The notes under the pieces: generated by a model | Databases searched by the model: none | Seen by the model: the letters and a program-made list of their open reading frames with translations, nothing else | Told to the model about the DNA's origin: nothing | Source: an uncultured virus (IMG/VR IMGVR_UViG_3300031111_000236) | Taxonomy: Duplodnaviria; Heunggongvirae; Uroviricota; Caudoviricetes | Strand: one strand, 5' to 3' | IMG/VR virus record: IMGVR_UViG_3300031111_000236 | DNA length: 64,000 nt | In this document: one piece after another, positions 54,809 to 64,000 of the stretch | How the letters are laid out: every line of letters begins with the position of its first letter | Numbering within the stretch: the first letter of the stretch is position 1 | Translations under genes and position numbers: made by a program

Positions 54809-56416
54809 ATGCGATGGTATTTCGCCGTGATATTGTCTATAATGCTGATAGCAATGGTTCCTCTGTCTGTAGCGGCAGAGGAGACCTCTCCAGAGATAGT
54901 TTTCGAGGACGAGATAAATGCTACACCTAACGGTAGCGATACAGTCTACAGGTATAAGGTGTTCAACCATAACTCGTTCGATAGGGAGTATTATATCAAT
55001 GTTCTCGAACTTCCTGCTGGTTTCGAGTACACCATACTGGCAGATAGCTACGTGGTTCCTGGTAACTCCTTTATTGAGGGGGCTGTTATGATTACAGTAC
55101 CCGTAGAAGAGAATGTTGAGCAGGAGTACACGTTCTCTGTTGAGGCTGGTTGGAATGATAGGTTGGGTGAAGTGATTGACACATTGACAGATGTGGTCAG
55201 TCTCTCCGTCATTGTGAAGGCTACATACGAGCTGGACATATATGCGACGGAAAGCACTGTTACTGTAAACACAGTGGTCCCCCCAGAGGATGTTCAGACA
55301 GACGCTGATTTCTATGACACACTCCGTCTTGACAACATACTAAAGGTCAAAAACAACGGCAACGTAAAGACATTTGTAGAGGTCTCGGACGTAATTGCGT
55401 CACCCTATAATGACGAGGTTAAGTATCTTGACATTGACCCACAGGACGTTGGCGAGTCTTCTGACATACTCCAAGAGGTCGGACTCGATGGTTGGAGTAT
55501 ACTTGGTGAGATTCCTGAGAAGGTCCTACCTGCGAGTGGGTCACCGTTTGGTGATACCAAAGCTATACCCTTCGGTGTTGTTATCGACGACCCATCGGCT
55601 ACCTACGATATCAAGGTGACTTTCACCGCTGAGGGTTATAGCTATAGGGACTCAATACAGGGAGAAAAGGTAAGTGAGGATAGTGTGACGATAACTATCA
55701 AGGTCATACCGATACCTATTGATGAGATAGACGATGTTGTCTCATTCTACATCGAGTACACTGGTGACACCAGCAAGCCTGTTGAGGTTCAACCTGGTCA
55801 GGAAACGCTCTTAGAGTTTAGGGCTGTGAACGACGGTACAGTTGGCTTGACAGTGCATCTGGCCTGGTTCGTTTGGAAGAGTGGTGAGATTATCGATAAT
55901 GCTGAGGATTACAGAGTCGGAGAGGGGGATATCGATGAACTTGTCTCTTCGGTTTTCGACCCTGCCAAATATGACCCGAGCACGAGTGAGGAACAGTTTT
56001 TCAATGTCAAGGACAACTGGTTCTCCAGTGGCTTGTTTGTATTTGAGGGTGGTGAGCGTGTCCCTGTAGATACTCTCGACCTCCCCTACAATAGTGCACC
56101 TATCACATTTTACCTTTCGTTGATTCCGCCACAGTACGCCACACCAGATGAGGTATACCACGTACAGGTAGCTGGAGCGACTTTCTTCCCAATACAACGT
56201 GTCTACGTGGCTGACGTTGGCTTTAGAAACGCTGAAACGTTTGTAGAGCCTCCAGTTGATGTGGAGTCATCTGTGGAAGAAGAAATCAACAGCACGCTCA
56301 TGTGGTTCATCATTGGCTTTGTGGCTTTTGCCGCAGTTGTCGCTGGTGTGTTCTACTACGTGGAGTACAAACAAGGTGGGAAGGGAGCGGACAAAACCCT
56401 GAAGAAGGGTAAGTGA
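54809..56416 (+). CDS. Acidic surface protein with Ig-like domains and a C-terminal TM anchor
   Basis: Signal peptide from ATG 54809; repeated V.N.G beta motifs; TM followed by a basic tail. Confidence 0.8.
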   Translation: MRWYFAVILSIMLIAMVPLSVAAEETSPEIVFEDEINATPNGSDTVYRYKVFNHNSFDREYYINVLELPAGFEYTILADSYVVPGNSFIEGAVMITVPVEENVEQEYTFSVEAGWNDRLGEVIDTLTDVVSLSVIVKATYELDIYATESTVTVNTVVPPEDVQTDADFYDTLRLDNILKVKNNGNVKTFVEVSDVIASPYNDEVKYLDIDPQDVGESSDILQEVGLDGWSILGEIPEKVLPASGSPFGDTKAIPFGVVIDDPSATYDIKVTFTAEGYSYRDSIQGEKVSEDSVTITIKVIPIPIDEIDDVVSFYIEYTGDTSKPVEVQPGQETLLEFRAVNDGTVGLTVHLAWFVWKSGEIIDNAEDYRVGEGDIDELVSSVFDPAKYDPSTSEEQFFNVKDNWFSSGLFVFEGGERVPVDTLDLPYNSAPITFYLSLIPPQYATPDEVYHVQVAGATFFPIQRVYVADVGFRNAETFVEPPVDVESSVEEEINSTLMWFIIGFVAFAAVVAGVFYYVEYKQGGKGADKTLKKGK

Positions 56417-56417
56417 G

Positions 56418-58682
56418 GTGATTCAAGTGAACCAGAAATATATAAGCATCGCTTTGACGCTGGCTTTGATAGTGAACATACTGGCCGTTGTGAGCTACAT
56501 GGGCAGTTCGGAAGTTACTGAGACACCAGAGGGTATAATTGTGGAGCTTGTCTCTGCACCCCAGGATATAGGTCCCGACTCCACGGGTATCTATGTGTAC
56601 AACGTGACAAACATGGGTCCTGAGCGCACTCTTGAAGTGTCGCTTTCTAATCTTACCGATGACCTCGATGCTGACATTATCCCTGACGAGTTTACTCTGA
56701 AGAGCAATGCTACTCGCTCCGTCTATATTTACATATACACGAGCGAGGACTCTGTTATAGGCTCACTTGAGCTTGATGTGAAAGTCGAGGACGTGAACAA
56801 TAGGGCCTCCTCCGCTACTGCCACTCTCGGTGTAGCCATAAAGGAGCGTCTTGACTATGCTCTCATCATGGACAGTGACTATTTCGAACCTGGGTACACT
56901 GACGATATACCCATAAGTGACCAGGAATACCTTACGGGGTATCTCGACAGGGCTGGTGGGTACATTGGTGATGACGAGGGCTATACTATTGGTTCCATAG
57001 ACAGCTTCCAGAGGGTCTACACACAGAACACGCATATAACTGTCACGGACCCAAGTGTGGAGGGTGGACAAGATGCCTCTACCTTCTCTTTCTCAATGAA
57101 GGTAGTCAACTATGGTAACGTGCCTATATCCTTCTATGCCTCATATTTTGATATGCCTGGCCTTAACTCACAGACAGATAGTGTCGTTAACTGGCCAGCC
57201 TACAAAGTTGTCATGGACAATAACCAGGGTATTATAGTTGCCGACCAGGTTGACGATGTTCATAACGAGGTTGGGGACGAACCCGACACATACGAGCCAG
57301 ATGTGACTGGTGACGACGGCTCTGACCTTGGTGATGGTCTCGGTTGGGACGATACAATCAATCCCTACATTGACACTGTTGGCGACGCATACAAGGAGGC
57401 TCTTGGAGGCGAGCTTAGTCTGGGTGAGTCTACTAACCTCTTGAACATGGGGTCATCGAATCTGTTCAACGTTATGCCGATGAGTTCGTCCTATGTCACA
57501 TCCTCTGTACTCAACAGGGGCGTAGTTGAGACTTCGACCTATGATATGGACTTTTTCCAGACCAAAGACGATAGGCCCGTTCGTGACTTCTTGGACAACT
57601 ATGATGATGAGGACCAGTACCTCGACAGTGTGGCTCCTGGTCAGACGGTTTTCGTTACCATTGTCATTGACCTGTACACGGAACAGTACGGGTCTCTTTA
57701 TGACTACATGGGAGATAGAACTGTCCTGCCAGTTGGGTTTGGTGTTGCACGTACAGACATAGGCTTGGATAGAGACGCACGTGGTACGCTTGTGAACTTC
57801 GTCCTGGAAAAGAGCATAATCGATGAAATCGATTCGGATGGCGATGGGGACCCTGATGTCGATGGCGACATACTTGTTGACCTTATGTACGACCTGGAAA
57901 TGACACCTGTGACGGGTGGCGAAATCACTCTTGAGAACCCAGGTGACACGGCCACGTTCAACGTGGCTCTACGCTTCAAAGGTAGGGACATGGATGGCGA
58001 TGGTAAGGTTGGTTTCCATTTGAACGCTAAGGGTCGCTATCTTTCTGATATTGATGGTAACATCGAGAACATCGAGATAGACAGGACTGGTGCTAACAGG
58101 GCTGTAATCACTAACGAGTACATGACTGACTCGGACAAGCCGATAACAGGAACCTATGACACAGATGGCGAGTTTGTCCCATACGCAGGATGGAACGTGC
58201 GTCTTGAAACCACAGACGTGTACTTCACACCGTCTGGCGTTGGTGGGGTTGCAGGGGGTATAGACAGTACTATCACCTTCAAGGTGTTTGTCGATGCTCC
58301 TCAATCGGCAGAGGGCGGAGAGAAGTTTGTTTTTGACCTTCTCGCCGTACCGAAGGGTAGGGTGCAGACAGCTTTAGAGTCTGTGGGAGAGGGAGGCTTG
58401 ATAGCTGATGGTCTCTTCTACGACATCTTTGAGCCACTGGACTTTACAAGAGGACCTCTCGGTCTGACAGACGCTATCTTCGGTAGTGAGTCTTACTCCT
58501 CTGTTGCCGCCGCTACGGATGATGGGTTCGGTTTAGATAGGTCGGTTGAGGATGTGAAGGACACGCTTACTACCACAGTCTTCACTATCATAATCATAGC
58601 CGTGATAGCGATAATCGTGGTCATCGTGGTTGGTATCGTGATGTTCGCCAGGGCAAGCAAGAGGACCGCCAATCTGAAGTGA
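56418..58682 (+). CDS. Large acidic surface protein with Ig-like domains
   Basis: N- and C-terminal TM; DxDGDG Ca-binding-like motifs. Confidence 0.8.
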   Translation: MIQVNQKYISIALTLALIVNILAVVSYMGSSEVTETPEGIIVELVSAPQDIGPDSTGIYVYNVTNMGPERTLEVSLSNLTDDLDADIIPDEFTLKSNATRSVYIYIYTSEDSVIGSLELDVKVEDVNNRASSATATLGVAIKERLDYALIMDSDYFEPGYTDDIPISDQEYLTGYLDRAGGYIGDDEGYTIGSIDSFQRVYTQNTHITVTDPSVEGGQDASTFSFSMKVVNYGNVPISFYASYFDMPGLNSQTDSVVNWPAYKVVMDNNQGIIVADQVDDVHNEVGDEPDTYEPDVTGDDGSDLGDGLGWDDTINPYIDTVGDAYKEALGGELSLGESTNLLNMGSSNLFNVMPMSSSYVTSSVLNRGVVETSTYDMDFFQTKDDRPVRDFLDNYDDEDQYLDSVAPGQTVFVTIVIDLYTEQYGSLYDYMGDRTVLPVGFGVARTDIGLDRDARGTLVNFVLEKSIIDEIDSDGDGDPDVDGDILVDLMYDLEMTPVTGGEITLENPGDTATFNVALRFKGRDMDGDGKVGFHLNAKGRYLSDIDGNIENIEIDRTGANRAVITNEYMTDSDKPITGTYDTDGEFVPYAGWNVRLETTDVYFTPSGVGGVAGGIDSTITFKVFVDAPQSAEGGEKFVFDLLAVPKGRVQTALESVGEGGLIADGLFYDIFEPLDFTRGPLGLTDAIFGSESYSSVAAATDDGFGLDRSVEDVKDTLTTTVFTIIIIAVIAIIVVIVVGIVMFARASKRTANLK

Positions 58683-58725
58683 GTTCACAAACTTTAAATA
58701 GCTTGGTAGAACTCTGTATAATGAA

Positions 58726-59064
58726 ATGGGTACTGACAAAGGCAATGACAAGCAATCTGTAGCCCTCGGCAAGGAGCAGTTCGAGCAGATAATAGAAGAT
58801 AAGCGAGAAGGCGATAAGGTACGGTACGTGTACCTGTTGACAGCGGCCTACGTGGTCTTCGCTGTCATCGTGTTCGTGCTCACCATAGGGAACTTTAAGA
58901 CTATGGTGATGCAGACCTGCCTTCTTACTACTCTCGTGTCACCTGCCGTCTTGCTGATGGTGTTTGCTCTTAGTATAAGGGGCAAGCAGAAAGCCTCCGA
59001 GCGATACGTACCGCCTGATAAACCAACGGACCAAGGAGAAGAAGAGCATGGGGATGCTGAATAA
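58726..59064 (+). CDS. Small membrane protein
   Basis: Two TM segments. Confidence 0.7.
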   Translation: MGTDKGNDKQSVALGKEQFEQIIEDKREGDKVRYVYLLTAAYVVFAVIVFVLTIGNFKTMVMQTCLLTTLVSPAVLLMVFALSIRGKQKASERYVPPDKPTDQGEEEHGDAE

Positions 59065-59611
59065 GGAAGACTTCGATGGCGACATTAAGTACACCTTCGA
59101 ACCGCCTAAGTGGGTCATGATAGTAGCGGTTCTGCTCGGCCTTGTCGCTGGTTGGTTTTTCGGTGTCTATATCCTCGGTTGGGCACTTATAGGTCTTGCG
59201 TATTATATAACGACAGCGGTACTGGTAGCACAGGCTACTGTCACATCACTACTTCTTATCATCGTGGGTATAGTAGTCCTCTTGATTCTGAGGTCTAAGT
59301 TCGAGATGGGATTTAAGGTCTTCCTGGCCTTTTTGATAGCTCTTCTGATAGGTATCGCCGCCAGTCGTGTGGCAATCATGATGGGGTATTCTGAGGCTAC
59401 CGAGGCCCCTTTCCAGATACCAACCCCAGACGATAAAGTTCTTGGGTCAGATGATGATGAAGGTAATGTTACTGCGGACGGCAATGAAACAGCGGATGAC
59501 ACCAGGTGTCTAATGAATCTGAACACCCCACTGGAAGATAGGGGGAGTTGTCGGCCTAATACAATATTTAAGCGTTCGCACGAACCTTTATATATGTCCG
59601 CAGGATATTAA
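59048..59611 (+). CDS. Multi-pass membrane protein
   Basis: 3-4 TM segments. Confidence 0.7.
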   Translation: MGMLNKEDFDGDIKYTFEPPKWVMIVAVLLGLVAGWFFGVYILGWALIGLAYYITTAVLVAQATVTSLLLIIVGIVVLLILRSKFEMGFKVFLAFLIALLIGIAASRVAIMMGYSEATEAPFQIPTPDDKVLGSDDDEGNVTADGNETADDTRCLMNLNTPLEDRGSCRPNTIFKRSHEPLYMSAGY

Positions 59612-59665
59612 TCTCAACGCCAACCGTAATGGTTAGAAATCGAAAATCAAACGAGGTGGACTGTA

Positions 59666-60172
59666 ATGAACAGGAACATATTGATGTCTGGATTGCTGAT
59701 GGCCGTTCTGTTGCTCTTCATAGGGGCATTTGCACCGATGCTATCGGTATCGGCGCAGGATACGACCTTTCAGGACCCGTATGCTGTCAACGGAGTGGTC
59801 ACGGACAAGAGCGGCAATCCCGTCGCTGGTGCAGTTGTGGAGGTCAAGAACCTTCGCACTGAGCAAGTGCTGACTACGACAACCAACGAACACGGCGAGT
59901 ACATTGTCTCTCTGAACTCGATGTCCTCTGGATATCAGAGTGGAGACGACGTGAAAGTGACTGCCACCAAGGGCAACACTGTGGGTAGCCAGGTAGGAGA
60001 GGTCGATTCAGGCGACTTCCATACAGTCCTGGATGTTACTCTCGGAGAGGAAGCGGAAGAGGATGACCGCACTTTCCTTGAGGACTACCTCTGGTGGATT
60101 GTCGGCGGCGTGGCTGTCCTTGTCATCGCTATCGTAGGCATCTACCTGTACACACAGCGAGACGAGCTGTAG
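59666..60172 (+). CDS. Surface protein, paralogue of 23298-23804
   Basis: Same length (168 aa) and motifs GAVV.V.N.RT, G.Y.VSL, SGYQ.GD. Confidence 0.8.
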   Translation: MNRNILMSGLLMAVLLLFIGAFAPMLSVSAQDTTFQDPYAVNGVVTDKSGNPVAGAVVEVKNLRTEQVLTTTTNEHGEYIVSLNSMSSGYQSGDDVKVTATKGNTVGSQVGEVDSGDFHTVLDVTLGEEAEEDDRTFLEDYLWWIVGGVAVLVIAIVGIYLYTQRDEL

Positions 60173-60190
60173 ACCAGGTAGGCACGGAGT

Positions 60191-62251
60191 GTGGGGAATG
60201 TGAACCGCACCCATATACCCACCTCATTTTTTTTCTTTTTTATTTTTCTCTTTCTCATTAATCCGACCTCTATCACGCTTTCATCTACCTCTCACGACAT
60301 AGGGTCTTCCTTGCCCGTAGAACGCACGAGGCAAGATGACGCATCATGGACTATCCTTTGCTACGAAGACGGCGACAACTCCCTTTCTGACTACATCATG
60401 GACGATGTGCTTGAGATGGCCGATGTCGGCTCGACTACCGAGCTTAACATAGTGGTCCTCTTGGACCTTGGCTTTGATAGGAGGGCTTATTTCGACAACA
60501 CTACACGAGAGAAGACTGGCGTAAATGTGGCCGATTATGAACGTGCTGTTCTTGCCGATAATCAACCAGCTCAACTTTACTATGTGGAAGCTGAGTTTCT
60601 TGATGAGCTTGGTACAGAGGCCGCTGGTATAGAACCTGAGCCAAACATGGGTAAGTCGTCCACACTCCAGAAGTTCATATCTTATGGTGTTAGTAACTTT
60701 CCCGCACAGCACACTGCACTCTTCATGGGTAATCATGGTTTGTCTTTCAAGGGTTTCATGTTTGATGACTATTCTAACGACCACCTCACACCTTCAGAGA
60801 TGCGAACAGCTCTTGCTACTGTAGGTCATAAGTTCGATATAATCGGGTTTGATGCGTGTCTCATGTCCTCGATGTCAATGGTGTACGAGGCATCTCAGTT
60901 CTGCGACTATGTGATAGCCTCTGAACTGACTGAACCTGGGAATGGGTGGGATTACACGTGTTTCGAAGTGGCAAAGCAAAATCCTAACATAACTCCAGAG
61001 AACTTCGCTATAGAAATCGTGGACGCTTATAGTGCTCAATACACGTATCAGACTCACACTCTGGCGGCTATCGATAGTAGTGCTTTTCAGGAGTTCATGT
61101 TCGAGTTCGATATCCTCTTGAACAACATTTTACAGGACGCTGACTCTTATAAAGTCCTCTTTGATAGCTTCTTTCTCCCTGCTACAGACTACTATCTCAA
61201 CAGTGTCTACTCTGGGACCAATTTCTATGACTTCTACGAGTTTGTTGATGCGATAGCTCTTTATGGTGGTCATGACGTTGACGATATCAAGGCGAAATGG
61301 GAGACAGCCAGGGTAGATTACAAGGAGCGTGACGTTTCTAATATGTTCTGCGGTATTTCTATATACGTGCCTACTACGGTAGAGGTTGGCAGTGACTTTG
61401 CCAATAGCAGGTTTTGTAGGGCTACGCAATACAACGAAGTCGTATTCGCTGGTAACTCCCCGATACCTTTCAATGAAGGTATTGATGATATTCCTGATGT
61501 ACCAACAGTGGCTAAGGACGACGATAATATAGTCAAAGTCACCACGAGTACCCCAATAACGAAGTATTCGCCAGATTCTCTTCTCTTAGGTAATGACGTG
61601 TACTCTCTTGATGCAAGTGTCAATGGTCTACCTTCTGGCTTCGGTTTCTACGAGGTACAGAGTGCGACGGTTGTAGCCAGGAGCTACAATGGTAAGTACT
61701 TCTCTGATGTGGTCGAGCAGACTTTTGACAACATAGATGGTGTTCTTATTGAAGGTCCTCCTGCCGTTGTCGGTGTAGAGCTTACAGAGGGATGGAACCT
61801 TGTATCCTTCCCAATCACTACTGTCGGTGAGATGAAGGCATCTACAATAGTAGACACCTACTACGGTATCGAGGCTGTAGCGATGAAGGATAACAGTACA
61901 TACCTTATCTATCGTGATGAGGGTGCTTTCAAGGATAATGACTTCGTGTTAGATTCACAAACCGCTTATTTTGTCTACGCAAGCTCGGATACCACAGTTT
62001 CTGTGACGGGTACAGAGATAACAGCGGCATCATACAATTTGGAGCAAGGTTGGAATCTTGTCCCTGTTTACTATGATATTGCTGTCTCGGGTCTCGCTGG
62101 TAAGTCCGTGTCGATAGAGGCGGTGGCCTATAAGACCAACGGGGCAAGTAACGTCTACATAAAGGGGCTACAATCACAGTCTGACTATAATCTCAAGAAA
62201 GGTGATGGCATTTGGGTGTATGCGAGTCAGGACGTAATTGTGGCCCTGTAA
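60191..62251 (+). CDS. Secreted clostripain-family (C11) cysteine peptidase with C-terminal GWNL modules
   Basis: WTILCYEDGDNSL, NMG..STL..FI, NHG, IIGFDACLM, IASELTEPG.GWDY; start uncertain. Confidence 0.88.
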   Translation: MGNVNRTHIPTSFFFFFIFLFLINPTSITLSSTSHDIGSSLPVERTRQDDASWTILCYEDGDNSLSDYIMDDVLEMADVGSTTELNIVVLLDLGFDRRAYFDNTTREKTGVNVADYERAVLADNQPAQLYYVEAEFLDELGTEAAGIEPEPNMGKSSTLQKFISYGVSNFPAQHTALFMGNHGLSFKGFMFDDYSNDHLTPSEMRTALATVGHKFDIIGFDACLMSSMSMVYEASQFCDYVIASELTEPGNGWDYTCFEVAKQNPNITPENFAIEIVDAYSAQYTYQTHTLAAIDSSAFQEFMFEFDILLNNILQDADSYKVLFDSFFLPATDYYLNSVYSGTNFYDFYEFVDAIALYGGHDVDDIKAKWETARVDYKERDVSNMFCGISIYVPTTVEVGSDFANSRFCRATQYNEVVFAGNSPIPFNEGIDDIPDVPTVAKDDDNIVKVTTSTPITKYSPDSLLLGNDVYSLDASVNGLPSGFGFYEVQSATVVARSYNGKYFSDVVEQTFDNIDGVLIEGPPAVVGVELTEGWNLVSFPITTVGEMKASTIVDTYYGIEAVAMKDNSTYLIYRDEGAFKDNDFVLDSQTAYFVYASSDTTVSVTGTEITAASYNLEQGWNLVPVYYDIAVSGLAGKSVSIEAVAYKTNGASNVYIKGLQSQSDYNLKKGDGIWVYASQDVIVAL

Positions 62252-62304
62252 TATATCCAAAAGTTTAATTACTTTGACAGAGAATAGGACTGTGGGATGA
62301 TAAA

Positions 62305-64000
62305 ATGACGAGGATGTCAAAATACTGGCTTTACGGTCTATTTCTGGTACTGGCATTAGTAGCAGTGCTCTTTATCGTAGAATACACTTCTGATGGTGGT
62401 GGTGATGCCGCCGCATCTATCACTGGAGACGCACCAACTGGTAATACCTGGCATATTACTACCGACACGGTAGCTAATAATGAAGCTCTTGAGATAGACA
62501 ATATCACGATGGACCTTGGTGTGACCCTCAAGCTCAAGAATTGTACTCTTGAGCCAGATGTAAAACCCTACTGCCTGGTACAAGGTGAGCCGTACTCTAA
62601 TTTGTACCTCTATGACACTAACATCACTGTCGTTTGGTTCGTCTTTATGGACGCTATACCTAACGAGGACGGGTTTTACGAATACACAAGAAACAGGCCC
62701 TTACCTCTGACAGTTAATGATATCAGGTGGAACACTGTGAATCTCTACACTAACAATGCGTACATCGAAAACTGTACTTTTGGATACAACAAGCCTATAA
62801 CTGAGGAATCGACCACTCACGACTTTAAAACAAGTTTCTTGAGACATGAGTATATCAACTGCACTTTTGTCAACTCTTATCTTATCGATGTGTACATGGA
62901 CGTTGGTACAATGAAGTCCGACACAATCGGTGGTACTATTATATTTCGTAACTCCACTTGGGAGAACCCAAGATATTATTGTGCCAGAGCTGTAGAGTTT
63001 AACGCCTATGATAGTTTCTTTTTTGGTAGTGATGAGTATAAGGTAGAAGAGGGTAGTACAACTACTGCGTTCAGACCTACGGCTCTCGGTATGATGTCAA
63101 CCGTTACTGGTGAGGTCGAGAGATGCGTTTTTGACAAGCTCACGAGTGTCGGACTTTTGAGATGGATATCGCCGAGAGCTTACATAAATGACACAATCTT
63201 CAGAGACGTGTCTTACGTGGCTCTCGATACCTGTGATAATGTGAGCATTGAGCTTGCTTTTGAGGTGCGTGTGGATAGCTTTTCGAACGGCGAGATATAC
63301 GGCGGTATCGATTGTATAATTGAGGATGCCTGTGTAAATTCCTATGTAGAGGGAGCTATCGATATAGTGAAGGGTGAGGACCACTATGATTCACCTGGTG
63401 ATTTCTTACTTGCGAACTCTACTCTGAAACAGATAAGGTATGCAGTGCCAGACAAGTCATACGATAATTACGTCAAAAATATCACCATCACGGGGAGTGA
63501 TGTGACTTTCGTTTATTTAGAGAACATCACTCTCACTATGGAAGACTGTGACTGTAACCAGATATACTTGTCAAACGTGACTGCTGATATCTATTCTGTA
63601 GACTTCAAGATTCTTGAGACTTTCGAGAGCAATGTGACGGTCTACTATGAGATAGAGGCCGTTATACACAGTATCGAGAGCACGGTCACAAAAATCTACA
63701 ATGGGACTGGTGGACTTGTACACACAAGTGGTGACAAAACTGTTACCAAGATGCTCCAGGTCTTGTACATCAACGTGACAGACGTTGTGGTAGACACTTA
63801 CGAGTACAGTGTCGAGGTATCTACTCTCTCCGAGGAGCAGACCAAGGATATCGAGCTTGTGAAGGATACCACACTCCACTTCTACATCGGCCCTCTTGTG
63901 CTCGAAGTGAATACCAGGGCCAATCAGAGCGAGGGTTGGGTCATGGTAGGCTTGCCCATTGACGAGTCTATCAGTGCCAGTACTCTTCTGTTCAAGAGTG
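62305..64000 (+). CDS. Large secreted beta-helix-like surface protein, truncated by the window end
   Basis: Hand translation: MTRMSKYWLYGLFLVLALVAVLFIV signal, then I/N/C/T/F beta-helix-like repeats; frame appears open to the end, with EGWVMVGLP near the end. Confidence 0.75.
   Translation, partial: MTRMSKYWLYGLFLVLALVAVLFIVEYTSDGGGDAAASITGDAPTGNTWHITTDTVANNEALEIDNITMDLGVTLKLKNCTLEPDVKPYCLVQGEPYSNLYLYDTNITVVWFVFMDAIPNEDGFYEYTRNRPLPLTVNDIRWNTVNLYTNNAYIENCTFGYNKPITEESTTHDFKTSFLRHEYINCTFVNSYLIDVYMDVGTMKSDTIGGTIIFRNSTWENPRYYCARAVEFNAYDSFFFGSDEYKVEEGSTTTAFRPTALGMMSTVTGEVERCVFDKLTSVGLLRWISPRAYINDTIFRDVSYVALDTCDNVSIELAFEVRVDSFSNGEIYGGIDCIIEDACVNSYVEGAIDIVKGEDHYDSPGDFLLANSTLKQIRYAVPDKSYDNYVKNITITGSDVTFVYLENITLTMEDCDCNQIYLSNVTADIYSVDFKILETFESNVTVYYEIEAVIHSIESTVTKIYNGTGGLVHTSGDKTVTKMLQVLYINVTDVVVDTYEYSVEVSTLSEEQTKDIELVKDTTLHFYIGPLVLEVNTRANQSEGWVMVGLPIDESISASTLLFKS

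Noticed and set aside
60191..62251. Clostripain as the protease for the [SA]F[GAS] site
   Set aside because: It appears exported, and C11 enzymes typically cut after basic residues

Overview
Gene-dense window that reads as part of a large archaeal virus or extrachromosomal element. Evidence: archaeal TATA boxes about 24 nt before leaderless ATGs, GGTGA Shine-Dalgarno sites, and archaeal-type replication proteins. The surface proteins suggest a Thermoplasmatota-like host, but that is inference. I recognised no capsid, terminase, rRNA, tRNA or CRISPR array. Contents: (i) a nearly complete, highly divergent replication/recombination set at 31.7-54.3 kb (MCM-like helicase, SSB-like protein, Sak4-like ATPase, PCNA-like clamp, fused PriS-PriL primase with an extra nuclease-like domain, XPF, RFC small and large-like subunits, Cas4/AddB-like nuclease, a PolB split into exonuclease and polymerase genes, a resolvase, SNF2), plus an XPD-like helicase at 8.2 kb; (ii) many secreted or membrane-anchored acidic proteins. 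The main unexplained system is a conserved ~20-aa basic N-terminal leader (W-x5-[RG]H-x-[LM]-x3-[GS]I, usually followed by [SA]F[GAS]) on 15 proteins. Nine belong to one new paralogue family; six are unrelated, including a lipocalin whose signal peptide is replaced by the leader. This looks like a sorting/packaging tag with a possible protease site. Other patterns: a shared acidic-[VLP]I C-terminal tag on seven replication-region proteins, an ATTGTCTTC box at fixed spacing upstream of four TATA boxes, a dispersed GCTGAAATTT repeat (one cluster sits inside the PolB split), and several intergenic structured-RNA candidates. All functional calls are from motifs read by eye; no searches were run.
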